A DNA stretch of 64,000 nt from Candidatus Palauibacter polyketidifaciens (GTDB lineage: Bacteria; Gemmatimonadota; Gemmatimonadetes; Palauibacterales; Palauibacteraceae), in NCBI RefSeq assembly GCF_947581785.1, contig NZ_CANPVO010000011.1, forward strand, positions 1,850-65,849. Direction: 5' to 3'. Positions 35,369-44,624 of this stretch are shown one piece after another. Each line of letters opens with the position of its first letter. The first letter of the stretch is position 1. The position numbers were made by a program, and so were the translations under genes. The notes beneath the pieces were generated by a model that was given only the letters and a program-made list of their open reading frames with translations, did no database searches and was not told the origin of the DNA.

Positions 35369-37669
35369 TTACATCAGGCCGTCGGAGTATATGTGGAGGC
35401 GCCAGAGGCTGCCGCCGCGGATGGCGCGGGCGATGTCGATGCGAAACAGGCCGTCCAGGAGAGACACGCCGACGCCCACGCTCGACCGCCAGCCCTCCGT
35501 GCCGAAGGCGTCCACGGGGCCCGTCCAGCCCGTGTCCCAGAACCCCGTGATCCGCATCGGGCTGCCCCCGACGTCGTACGTGGGATCGCCGATCCGGAAA
35601 CCGCGCCCCAGTTCCAATCGGCCGAACCAGAAGCTGTCGCCTCCGGTCGACACGGGATCGAAGGCCCGCAAGGTGTACGATCCGCCGAGGTGGAAGCGAC
35701 GCTGTGGAGGCGGCTCTCCGAATACTCTTCCGGCCCCGCCCTCCAGCGCCAGCGACCACTCGCTCACGGGGAGTTGCAGCGCCGCGGAGACGGCGGCGCG
35801 CCCGTAAAGATCGAAATCGCCCGTCGCGACTTCTCCCCAAACGGACCCGCTGAGGATCGGCGTGCCCGGGTCGACGGAGGAAAACGCGCGCAGGCGGCCC
35901 GAGACGCCGGCGAGATCTCCGCGCGCGGCGACGATGTTGTCCGGAAAGACCGCGTCGCCGAAGAGGTTCGGGAGCGAGGCGTCGCTCTGCTTCCGTGCGT
36001 TCTGGTGGCGCTCGGCGAAGAGGGCGCCTTCCACGCGCGTCCTCTTGCCGTGGCGGTTCGCCGAGACCTCGAAGCCGGTCTCGCGGAAGTAGAGGCCCTC
36101 GTCGTACCCCACAACCAAGCTGTTGAAGGAGTTGCCGAAGGAGAGCGGACGGCCCCAGTCCCCGAGGTCCGCGAGGCGCCGGTACGCCGTGATCCCGAAA
36201 CCGCCCGTCGCCGTCTGGCGCCGCCACCCGACCTCCACGCCCGGCTCCCACTCCGGTATGCCGATTCGCGGCGTGACCGCGAACTCGGACGTGACCCCCG
36301 TCGGCACGGCTAACCGGGCGCTGACCGACAGTCCCTCGACCCGATTGTAGCGGAGCCTGCGCAGACCCGGGGAAAGATCCAGACGGGGACTCAGGCCCAC
36401 GGCGGCGGGGATCTGCAGCGAGGACAAACGATCCTTCAGGTCGTCGAGCTCCGCCGTCGCGAAGGCGTCGACGGTGGCGGAAAAGAGCGGCTCCGGAAGC
36501 TCCGGGTACGCGGGAAGCTGATCGAGGGGCGGGACGATCGTCACGATGGGATGGACCCTGGCGGGGAGCGAATCCGCTTCCGCCGTCAACGGGTCGTCGC
36601 GAAATCCCTCGACTCGCCCCTCTTCGCCCTCTTCCCCCTCGAGCTCATCCGCGTCGATGACCTCGTCGACCCAGCGCGTCCAGCCCTCCGGCAGATCCTC
36701 CCCCGGATCGAGCGTCTGCTCGGCGTCGACGAGGTAGTCCTCGAAGATCCATTCGTAACGCACGGGCATGCTCGCGAGGTCCGCCATCGTGGCAACCGCA
36801 TCGAAGGCCATGCGATTCGGCAGCCACCAGCGCAATTCCTGGAGTCCGTAGTCGATCGTGATGAAGTCGACCCTGGCGCGGATCGGCTTCACAAACCCGG
36901 GAACATCCTCCGCATCCTCCGGTTCTTCGCGCTCGAAGTCGTATTCGATCGCGGGACGGTAGGCGGCGCGCGTGAGGACGCCCTCGTCGGCGTCAAACCA
37001 GAGCGAGCCCGCGATGCGGTCGAAGCGGGCCTCCCGCGGCTCGACGACCGCCTCGATCAGCGTCACCTCCCGGTTGTCCCCCGGGAAGCGGATGCGCAGC
37101 GTGTCGCCGGAGCGATAGCGGTAGTGATAGGCCGCAGTATCCGCCAGGGGATGGAGGGCCCACTCCGAGCCCAGGGCCAGGTGTTCGCTGGCCGGATCGA
37201 TGATGTCGAAATCGAGTTCGAACGCATCGTCGTCGCGCAGGTCGTCCTCGAACTCGACGCCGAGGCCGACGATCGGCACGCCGCGTCGCAGTCCCAGCCA
37301 ACGGATGATGTGTTCGCCCTCCGCCGCCCAGCGCAGCCGTGCGGCGCGTTCCTGGTGAAACACCGCCCGCTCCCGGCGCAGGGCCGCACCGCCCAGTCCC
37401 GCGTAGATGCGCTCGCGAAAAGTCGTCTCGAAGCTGGTCAGCCCTTCGGCCCGAGCCTTCCGCTGCGCCAGCGCGCGCTCGATCAGTCCCGCGATCCCTT
37501 CGTCGGCGTAGGCGTCGACCGGAATCGGCCGCGAGGCGGAGACGGGCGCCTCCTGGAGCGCGCGCGCGTCGAACGCGGCGCCCGCGGCGGCTCCCAGGCA
37601 CACCGCAAGCGCGAGGGCGCGTCCGGCAGCAGACATTCGGTTCAAGAGCGCTCTCCAGTCCAGAGCCAC
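35369..37669 (-). CDS. Large hypothetical secreted/outer-membrane protein with a C-terminal beta-rich (possibly beta-barrel) region
   Basis: Signal peptide present. An acidic central region follows. The C-terminal roughly 330 aa have alternating aromatic and Gly residues typical of beta-barrels (GFWDTGWTG...RIDIARAIRGGSLWRLHIYSDGLM). Confidence 0.55.
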   Translation of the reverse strand: MALDWRALLNRMSAAGRALALAVCLGAAAGAAFDARALQEAPVSASRPIPVDAYADEGIAGLIERALAQRKARAEGLTSFETTFRERIYAGLGGAALRRERAVFHQERAARLRWAAEGEHIIRWLGLRRGVPIVGLGVEFEDDLRDDDAFELDFDIIDPASEHLALGSEWALHPLADTAAYHYRYRSGDTLRIRFPGDNREVTLIEAVVEPREARFDRIAGSLWFDADEGVLTRAAYRPAIEYDFEREEPEDAEDVPGFVKPIRARVDFITIDYGLQELRWWLPNRMAFDAVATMADLASMPVRYEWIFEDYLVDAEQTLDPGEDLPEGWTRWVDEVIDADELEGEEGEEGRVEGFRDDPLTAEADSLPARVHPIVTIVPPLDQLPAYPELPEPLFSATVDAFATAELDDLKDRLSSLQIPAAVGLSPRLDLSPGLRRLRYNRVEGLSVSARLAVPTGVTSEFAVTPRIGIPEWEPGVEVGWRRQTATGGFGITAYRRLADLGDWGRPLSFGNSFNSLVVGYDEGLYFRETGFEVSANRHGKRTRVEGALFAERHQNARKQSDASLPNLFGDAVFPDNIVAARGDLAGVSGRLRAFSSVDPGTPILSGSVWGEVATGDFDLYGRAAVSAALQLPVSEWSLALEGGAGRVFGEPPPQRRFHLGGSYTLRAFDPVSTGGDSFWFGRLELGRGFRIGDPTYDVGGSPMRITGFWDTGWTGPVDAFGTEGWRSSVGVGVSLLDGLFRIDIARAIRGGSLWRLHIYSDGLM

Positions 37670-37792
37670 GACCCCTCCCGACGGGAGCCGTTACGTCTAT
37701 GTTCGGGTAGACGTTTCAACCTTCGCCCGCGTCACGGGGTCCGCGTCACCGGGCCCGCGTCACCGGGCCCGCGTCACCGGGGAGGAGAGCGA

Positions 37793-38452
37793 GTGGGGCT
37801 GTACTCCGAACACATCTTTCCGCGTCTCATGGAGAGCGGGCTCAAGGGCGAACTGCATCGCAGGTACCGGCGCCGGGTCCTCTCCCGTGCGCAGGGGCAC
37901 GTGCTCGAAGTCGGCTTCGGCACCGGGCTCAATGTCGAATGTTACCCGATGTCGGTTCGCCGCGTCACGGGGATCGATCCCGCGGCCGTACTCGAACGCC
38001 GCGTACGCGCCCGCATCGCCCGTGCCCCCTTCCGCGTCGACCGCGTGATCCACGACGCCGCCGACCGACTCCCCTTTCCGGATGGGCACTTCGACACGGT
38101 GACGACCACCTGGACGCTGTGTTCGATCGAGCGGCTCCGGGACGCCCTCCTCGAACTGAGGCGGGCGCTGAAACCCTCCGGCGAACTCCTCTTCCTCGAG
38201 CACGGACGGAACGACAAAGGCTGGGTCTCGCGCCTCCAGGACACGCTGAACCCGATCCAGAACGTCGTCGCCTGCGGCTGCAACATAAACCGGAAGATCG
38301 ATGCCGAGATCGAAGGCGGCGGATTCCGGATTGTCGACCTCGACCGGTTTACGATGCCGGGAGTGCCCCGGGCGCTGGGTTCCGTCTACCTCGGCGTGGC
38401 CACACCGCGCGGCGGCGGAGGCCTCGAGAGACCGCGGGGGACGGGGCCGTGA
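37793..38452 (+). CDS. Class I SAM-dependent methyltransferase
   Basis: VLEVGFGTGLN is motif I. ELRRALKPSGELLFLEH is post-motif II. GTG start. Confidence 0.75.
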   Translation: MGLYSEHIFPRLMESGLKGELHRRYRRRVLSRAQGHVLEVGFGTGLNVECYPMSVRRVTGIDPAAVLERRVRARIARAPFRVDRVIHDAADRLPFPDGHFDTVTTTWTLCSIERLRDALLELRRALKPSGELLFLEHGRNDKGWVSRLQDTLNPIQNVVACGCNINRKIDAEIEGGGFRIVDLDRFTMPGVPRALGSVYLGVATPRGGGGLERPRGTGP

Positions 38453-38459
38453 GCGCGGG

Positions 38460-38819
38460 TCAGCCGTTCACTGTCCTCGCGGCGAGGACGGCGCCCGCCG
38501 AGCCCGCGACGGCCGGGCCGAGCAGGAAGAGAAACGCCAGGCCCCAGTGGCCGGACGGAGGATCCGTCACCGTGACCCAGAGGCCGATGCCGCCCAGCAG
38601 GGCCAGGCTCCAGCCCGGCGCCAGCCCCCAGAGGAGGGGACGCGCGCCGCGATGCCACCGCGCGAGGCCGAAGCCCGCGGAGAAGTACAGTAGACCCCCG
38701 AGCGCGATGAGCCCGGGACCGGGACCCACGGGCAGATCTCTGAACACGAGCGCGAGCCCCGCGAGGCCCGCGAGGAGGCAGACGATGACCGAGACGAGGA
38801 CTTTCAGGACCGCTCTCAT
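38460..38819 (-). CDS. Small integral membrane protein (3-4 TM segments)
   Basis: Four hydrophobic stretches, Gly/Leu-rich, with no recognised family. Confidence 0.5.
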   Translation of the reverse strand: MRAVLKVLVSVIVCLLAGLAGLALVFRDLPVGPGPGLIALGGLLYFSAGFGLARWHRGARPLLWGLAPGWSLALLGGIGLWVTVTDPPSGHWGLAFLFLLGPAVAGSAGAVLAARTVNG

Positions 38820-38856
38820 GGCGTGCGAAGATGCGGCGGGAGCCGCGGTTTCTCAA

Positions 38857-39447
38857 ATGTCGACGGCGCGGGCCTTTCGCTGCCCGGCGCGAGTCTTTCG
38901 CCGGCGGGCGACATGGGTCGCCGTCGCGTTCGCAGCCGTCGTCCACGCGATCGGCGCCACCGGAGCGACGGGTCAGGATGCGGATCCGGCGGGCCATCCG
39001 GCGCCCGACGCGCCCTCACGGGCCGTCGATCTCGAGGAGCTGGCATGGATCGCCGGCCACTGGGGCGGGGACGCCTTCGGGGGACAGATCGAGGAGGGGT
39101 GGTTCGGCCCGGCGGGGCGCTCGATGTCCGGCTCCTTCCGCCTCGTGCAGGACGGTCTCGCGGTCATGTACGAGTTGCTGCTCCTGGAGCAGGACGACGA
39201 TGGCGAGATCTACTACCGGTTCAAGCACGTCGGGCGGGGCTGGGAACCCTGGGAGGAGACGCGCCTCGAATACCGTCTCACGGCCCTCGACGGCCGGAAG
39301 GCCACCTTCCGGAGCACGGCGGAGACACCACAGCCGAACGCTCCCTGGTGGTTCACGTACGAGAGCCCGACGAGCACCGAACTGATCGTGACCATCCACG
39401 GCAGCACGGGCGGCGATCCGACGGTGCTGTCGATGAAGAGGCGATGA
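38857..39447 (+). CDS. Hypothetical secreted protein
   Basis: Signal peptide MSTARAFRCPARVFRRRATWVAVAFAAVVHA. Contains a HWGGD...EEGWFGP...GSFRLV motif. Length about 196 aa. Confidence 0.55.
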   Translation: MSTARAFRCPARVFRRRATWVAVAFAAVVHAIGATGATGQDADPAGHPAPDAPSRAVDLEELAWIAGHWGGDAFGGQIEEGWFGPAGRSMSGSFRLVQDGLAVMYELLLLEQDDDGEIYYRFKHVGRGWEPWEETRLEYRLTALDGRKATFRSTAETPQPNAPWWFTYESPTSTELIVTIHGSTGGDPTVLSMKRR

Positions 39448-39523
39448 GACCTTATCTTTCGGATGATGGAAAGCGGATGATGGAAAGCGTCACGGAGAGA
39501 GCCGGATTCGAGCAGGGGGCGAC

Positions 39524-40348
39524 ATGAGTGCGTTGGAGCCGGGAAGCATAAGCGCCCGTTTGGCGGCACTGACCCTTGTCGCCGGAGGCGTGCTGGCGGG
39601 TTCGCCGGGCGCGGCTGTGGCGCAGGAGGAGACGGAACGGCAGACGGCGGAGCTGATCGGGCAGGTGGTCAGCGCCTCGACGGGGCTTCCGATCGAAGGG
39701 GCACGCGTGATCCTCATGGGCTCCGGGTACGGGGCGATCACCGATGTCGAAGGCAACTTCCGGGTCCCGCAGACCTGGGCCGGCAGGGACTCGATCGAGG
39801 TCCGGTTCATCGGCTACGAAGCCGGCTATACGCACATCGACCTCGAGCCCGGGCAGACGACACGCGTCACCCTGACCCTTTCGAGCACCGTCATTCGCAT
39901 CGCGGATCTCACCGTGGAGGTCCGCCAGACCCGCCGCGCGCGGAACCTCGAGGGCTTCCTCGAACGCAGGGGACGGGGATTCGGGACCTTCTTCACGCCG
40001 CGGGACATCATCAACCGCAACCCGCGGCTCCCCAGCGACCTCCTGCGCGGCCTGCCGAACGTCTCCGTGGGCCGAATCGAATACGGGATCGCGAAAGTCT
40101 TCCTCGGCGACGGCGCGCGGCTCAACTGTCCGCCGGCGCTCTACCTGGACGGGATGTACCAGGCGGGGATGCAGTTCGACGACCTCCCGAGGGACGACCT
40201 GGGCGCGGTCGAGGTCTACAAGCGTGAGGTCGAGACGCCCATGGAATTTATGCGCACAGGCTCGACCTGCGGCGCGATCGTCGTGTGGACGCCGAGCGGC
40301 GCGGGCTTCCTGGACTGGGCCGGGGACCTTCCCAATCCCTTCGAATAG
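39524..40348 (+). CDS. Secreted protein with a carboxypeptidase-regulatory-like (CarbopepD_reg) domain plus a TonB-dependent-receptor plug-like domain, and no beta-barrel. Paralogue of 50977..52074.
   Basis: Signal peptide present. QVVSASTGLPIEGARVILMGSGYGAITDVEGNFRV is CarbopepD_reg-like. DLLRGLPNVSV is plug-like. The C-terminus CGAIVVWTPS is shared with the paralogue (CGVVVIWTKS). Confidence 0.6.
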   Translation: MSALEPGSISARLAALTLVAGGVLAGSPGAAVAQEETERQTAELIGQVVSASTGLPIEGARVILMGSGYGAITDVEGNFRVPQTWAGRDSIEVRFIGYEAGYTHIDLEPGQTTRVTLTLSSTVIRIADLTVEVRQTRRARNLEGFLERRGRGFGTFFTPRDIINRNPRLPSDLLRGLPNVSVGRIEYGIAKVFLGDGARLNCPPALYLDGMYQAGMQFDDLPRDDLGAVEVYKREVETPMEFMRTGSTCGAIVVWTPSGAGFLDWAGDLPNPFE

Positions 40349-40361
40349 CGGCCCTGGTCGC

Positions 40362-40784
40362 TCAGTCCTGTCCGCCCGCGGGCTCGCCGTTGAGGGTCAG
40401 CGTCCATTCGAGTTCCATATCCTTCCGGAGCGAATGGTAGACGGAGCAGTAGCGCTCGAAGGAGAGCATGACGGCCCGCCGGGCCTTCGCCTCGTCCACG
40501 TCGCCGGAGACGTGGAAGTCGAACTGGAGACCCTTCACGTAGCGCGGCGCCGCGTCCGCCCTGCGCGCCCTCGCCCGGACCGAGAGCCCGGTGAGTTCCT
40601 GGCGCCCCTTCTGAAGAATGACCACCACGTCGATCGCGGCACAGGCGGCGACGGACTCCACCATAAGGGCGACCGGGCTGGGGGCGATGCCCTCGTCCCC
40701 GTCGATTCGCGTCTCGTGGTCGGCTCGGTCGGCGCTGAACCTGAGTCCGCCGTCCCACCGGACCTGGATTCCGTCCCTGTTCAT
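40362..40784 (-). CDS. OsmC/Ohr family peroxiredoxin-like protein
   Basis: MNRDGIQVRWDGGLRFSADRADHETRIDGDEG... Contains the paired-Cys region AACAAID. Length 140 aa. Confidence 0.75.
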   Translation of the reverse strand: MNRDGIQVRWDGGLRFSADRADHETRIDGDEGIAPSPVALMVESVAACAAIDVVVILQKGRQELTGLSVRARARRADAAPRYVKGLQFDFHVSGDVDEAKARRAVMLSFERYCSVYHSLRKDMELEWTLTLNGEPAGGQD

Positions 40785-40916
40785 CTCGATCTCCGTGGCT
40801 GGGTTCGGACTTCGGCAACATAGTACAACACGGTCGGCAGCCCGTCGCAAACCGGCTGCCGGACCGTTGAAACCGCCCCGGGATGGAGGGCGTACAGGCT
40901 GTGCGGGAGGTGCGAC

Positions 40917-41201
40917 ATGTTCGAGTTCATCGGGAATTTTCTCTGGCTCGCCATCGCGGGCTTCGCTTCGGTCGGCGGCTACGTGACGATGAAGAGGTTC
41001 GTGCGCGGACGGCTGCGCTTCGTGGACGGCGTTCACCGGCGCGGGGTTCCGCTCGTGGCCGGGGTCGCGGGCTGGGGCGTGGGATTGCTGGCGGCGATCC
41101 TTCCATTCGTCACTCCGCTCACGGCCGTCCTGTTCGGGATCGGGATCGGGACCGGCGTGGCCGCGGGGCGAAGGGAGATCAAGCGCCTCCCGAGCCCTTG
41201 A
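40917..41201 (+). CDS. Small membrane protein (2-3 TM segments), translationally coupled to the downstream M20 peptidase
   Basis: Hydrophobic Gly-rich segments. Its stop overlaps the TTG start of the next gene. Confidence 0.4.
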   Translation: MFEFIGNFLWLAIAGFASVGGYVTMKRFVRGRLRFVDGVHRRGVPLVAGVAGWGVGLLAAILPFVTPLTAVLFGIGIGTGVAAGRREIKRLPSP

Positions 41202-42370
41202 GCTTCTCCGCCGACCCGCTGCACCTCACAACCATCCTCACGGATCTCGTCGCCACGAACTCCGTGAACCCCAGGCTGGTGGAGGGGGCGCCCGGCGAGA
41301 CGGAGATCGCGCGCCTCACGGCGCGGCACATGCGCGAGGCGGGCCTCGAGGTGGCGCGGTACGAGCCCGAGGCGGGGCGGCCGAGCGTCGTCGGGCGCCT
41401 CGCGGGCGCGGGGAGCGGACAGGCGCTGATGCTGAACGCCCACTACGACACGGTCGGGGTGGAGGGCATGGAGGCGCCGTTCTCGCCGAGCTTGCGGGAC
41501 GGACGGCTCTACGGACGGGGGGCCTACGACATGAAGGGGGCGCTCGCCGCCTGCATCGAGGCCGCCCGACTCCTCCGCGAAGCGGGAACGCGCCTGGCAG
41601 GCGATGTCCTCGTGGCCGCCGTGGCCGACGAGGAATACGCGAGCCTCGGCACCGCGGACCTGCTCGAACGGCGCGTACGCGGCGAACTCGCGTTTGACGC
41701 CGCGATCGTCACCGAACCCACGTCGCTGGATCTGTGCGTGGCCCACCGCGGATTCACGTGGATCGAGATCACGACGCGCGGGCGCGCCGCCCACGGCAGC
41801 CGGTACCGGGAGGGCATCGATGCGAACGTGAGAATGGGACGCATCCTGCACCGGCTGGAGGCGTTCATGGGAGAACTCCAGTCCCGGCCGGGGCACCCCC
41901 TCCTCGGCCCCCCGTCGATGCACGCGCCGCTGCTCGAGGGCGGAAGCGGGATCAGCACCTACTCTCCGCGCTGCACGCTCCGGGTCGAGCGGCGCACCGT
42001 GCCGCCCGAGACGCGGGAGTCCGTGGAAGCCGAGATCGCGGCCATCATCGAGGACCTGCGCGCGGAGGACCCGTCGCTCGAGGTCGCCTGGTCGACCTTC
42101 TTCCACCGCGAACCCTTCGAGACGACGCCGGAGGCGCCGGTCGCGGCCTGCGTATCGCGCGCCGCCCGCACCGTTCTGGGCAGCGCACCGGAGGTCATCG
42201 GAGACTCTCCGTGGATGGACTCCGCGCTGACGCAGGCCGCGGGCGTCGACAGCGTCGTGATCGGCCCGGCCGGCGAGGGCGCGCACGCCGACGTGGAGTG
42301 GGTGGACCTCGCATCGTGCGCGAGGCTGGCCGAGATCCTCGCGGAGGCGGCCGCCGACTACTGCGGCTGA
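41198..42370 (+). CDS. M20 family metallopeptidase (ArgE/DapE/acetylornithine deacetylase-like)
   Basis: HYDTVGVEG and GRGAYDMKGALAA...AAVADEE metal-binding motifs. TTG start. Confidence 0.8.
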   Translation: MSFSADPLHLTTILTDLVATNSVNPRLVEGAPGETEIARLTARHMREAGLEVARYEPEAGRPSVVGRLAGAGSGQALMLNAHYDTVGVEGMEAPFSPSLRDGRLYGRGAYDMKGALAACIEAARLLREAGTRLAGDVLVAAVADEEYASLGTADLLERRVRGELAFDAAIVTEPTSLDLCVAHRGFTWIEITTRGRAAHGSRYREGIDANVRMGRILHRLEAFMGELQSRPGHPLLGPPSMHAPLLEGGSGISTYSPRCTLRVERRTVPPETRESVEAEIAAIIEDLRAEDPSLEVAWSTFFHREPFETTPEAPVAACVSRAARTVLGSAPEVIGDSPWMDSALTQAAGVDSVVIGPAGEGAHADVEWVDLASCARLAEILAEAAADYCG

Positions 42371-42389
42371 GCTCGCCGCGCGCGTCGAC

Positions 42390-44624
42390 TCAGCGGGCGA
42401 ACAGCTCCTCGACCGCGAGCCCCAACCGCAGCTTCCGTTCTATCGCCCCCTGCCAACCCGCCGGGCGGGCATCGAACAGGTTGTCGACGCCCGCCACGAG
42501 CTTGAGCCTCCGCCCGAGATCGACGGAGATCTGCAGGTCGATGGCCACGAACCGCTCCTGCGTGCCGATCCTCGCGTCGCTCCCGTCGGCGCCGGTTCCG
42601 ATGATCGGCGCGGCGCCCGTGAGATGTGCCGTGGCATCGAGCCGCAGCCCGGAGAGCGCCTCGGCGGTCCACGCCGCCCGGGCGCGCGCGGAATGTGCGG
42701 CGCGCCGGTCCAGCGGAAGCCCGGAGTCGACCGCGTACGCGTCGAGGTACGCGTAGCCCGCGGTGAACTCCGCGCGATCCAGGACGGCCCGGAGGCTGAA
42801 CTCGAACCCGCGCGTGATCGCGTCCGCGACGTTCCGCGGGGAGAAGACGAGGAGACCGCTCTCGGCATTACCGACGAACCCGGGCTCGATGAGGTTCCGA
42901 ATGCGGTTGGAGAAGGCCTCGACTTCCATCCGAAGGGTCGACGCCGGTTGCCATTCCACCCCGCCGGAGATGTTCCACGAGCGCTCCGGATCCAGATCCG
43001 GGAACCCCTGGAGGACGTAGCCGCCCCCCACGTTGACGAAGTTCCAGGCCAGCTCCTTGAAGGAGGGGGCCCGGAAGCCGCGGGCCACCGCCGCGCGGAG
43101 GTGCACGTGCTCCCCGGCGCGACGTGTGACGCCGACGGTCGGCGAGAGGTTGGAGCCCCAGCGGTCGTTCCAGGTGAGGCGGGCGCCCCCGCTCACGACG
43201 GTCCCCCCGAGACGCCACGCGTCCTGCGCGAAGAGCGCGAGCTGTTGGTCGGCCGCGCGCTCCTCGACCAGCTTGTCGGGCGACCGGATCGCGCGGCTCG
43301 CGACCTCGAAGCCGACATCGACGGAGTGTCCACCCAGGACGGCGGAATACCCCGCGGCACCCTTCGCCAGGCGTTCCCACTGGGTGTCGTCACCCTCATC
43401 GGCGATGGGGGCGTCTCCACGGGCGCTGCGGAACAGGTGCTCGTATTCCTGGAGAAAGAGACTTCCGCTCCACGTTCCGGCACCCAGCGGTCGCCGCGCC
43501 TCCACCGACCCCGAGAATCCCGCGTTGTCGTTGAACCCGGAGAACGCGCCGCCCACCGGCCAGCGCTGCCGCTCGCGGAGGTAGGTGGCGGTGGCGAGGA
43601 GGTCCCAGGCGTTCGATGCCTTGAACTGAAAGCGGGACCGGAAGTCCCAGACGCGGGCGAACGCGCTCCGCCCCCCATCGGCGAGCCCCGGGATCCGGTC
43701 TTCCTGGCGCCAGCCGCCCGTGATCCGGTACCGGAGACGGCCTCCACCGCTTGCCGTCGCCTCCGCCTCGCGACGTCCGGCGCCGCCTGACACGGCGCGC
43801 GCATCGATCTGGAACCCCGAGGCGGGAAGCTGGGTGATGACGTTCACGACGCCGCCCAGAGCGTCGGAGCCGTAAAGGGACGACAACGGGCCCTTCACGA
43901 TCTCCACGCGCTCCACGCCCGCCAGCGACATGCGGCTCAGGTCGCGGTTTTCGAGCAGCGCGCCCGCGGTCGGCTGGCCATCGAGCAGGACGAGGACGCG
44001 CGCGCCACCGATGCCCCGGATCATGAGATTCGAGCCGACCGGGGTGCCGGCCGTCACCTGGACGCCGGGAATCTCTGCAAGCAGCCCGTCGGCGGAAGCC
44101 ACGCCGGCCGCGTCGATCTCCTCGGCCTCCACCGTCTCCATGGGCACGGCGATCTGCGAGCGGAGCCGCGGGAGTGAACTCGCCGTGACCACGATCTCGT
44201 CGAGGGCGAGCGGGTCGCGTTCGAGTCCGATCCGCCAGCCCGCCGCCGCCGCGTCCGCCCAGGCCAGCTTTCGCGGGAGGTATCCGAGCGCCGAGACCTC
44301 GATGCCTCCGTCGGGCCCCCAGGTGTCGTCCGGCGTAAGAACGCCGACGGAGTTGGTGCGTACCGAGGTCTGGTGGGGAGCCCGAGCCGGCGAACCCTCG
44401 GCACCGGGAGCCGCCGACCCCGCGGCGGCGCGAGCCGGGAGCCACGTCACCTCGGCGTCCGCGATCCCCGCCCCCGACGCCAGGTCGAAGATCCGACCCT
44501 GCGCCTGAGCCTGTGTCCGGGCCTGTCTCTCGGCCTGTATCCGGGCCTCGGCCGCAGCCGGAAGCAGGCTGCCGCCCAGTCCGAGGGCGGCGCTGAGGGT
44601 CAGGCGCGCGAGCGCGGGCGTCAC
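42390..44624 (-). CDS. TonB-dependent outer-membrane receptor with an N-terminal CarbopepD_reg-like domain. Likely the haem/haemophore receptor of the operon.
   Basis: Signal peptide from a GTG start. Plug motifs (IVVTASS, GVQV...RGIGGARVLVLLDGQP) are present. The barrel is about 550 aa. The stop abuts the gene end; only the N-terminal portion of the ORF-track extension is rejected. Confidence 0.85.
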   Translation of the reverse strand: MTPALARLTLSAALGLGGSLLPAAAEARIQAERQARTQAQAQGRIFDLASGAGIADAEVTWLPARAAAGSAAPGAEGSPARAPHQTSVRTNSVGVLTPDDTWGPDGGIEVSALGYLPRKLAWADAAAAGWRIGLERDPLALDEIVVTASSLPRLRSQIAVPMETVEAEEIDAAGVASADGLLAEIPGVQVTAGTPVGSNLMIRGIGGARVLVLLDGQPTAGALLENRDLSRMSLAGVERVEIVKGPLSSLYGSDALGGVVNVITQLPASGFQIDARAVSGGAGRREAEATASGGGRLRYRITGGWRQEDRIPGLADGGRSAFARVWDFRSRFQFKASNAWDLLATATYLRERQRWPVGGAFSGFNDNAGFSGSVEARRPLGAGTWSGSLFLQEYEHLFRSARGDAPIADEGDDTQWERLAKGAAGYSAVLGGHSVDVGFEVASRAIRSPDKLVEERAADQQLALFAQDAWRLGGTVVSGGARLTWNDRWGSNLSPTVGVTRRAGEHVHLRAAVARGFRAPSFKELAWNFVNVGGGYVLQGFPDLDPERSWNISGGVEWQPASTLRMEVEAFSNRIRNLIEPGFVGNAESGLLVFSPRNVADAITRGFEFSLRAVLDRAEFTAGYAYLDAYAVDSGLPLDRRAAHSARARAAWTAEALSGLRLDATAHLTGAAPIIGTGADGSDARIGTQERFVAIDLQISVDLGRRLKLVAGVDNLFDARPAGWQGAIERKLRLGLAVEELFAR

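Noticed and set aside
36551-38452. 633-aa plus ORF spanning the antisense of the outer-membrane protein gene
   Set aside because: Only its last about 220 codons (the SAM methyltransferase, from GTG 37793) have a credible protein signature. The upstream part is antisense noise.
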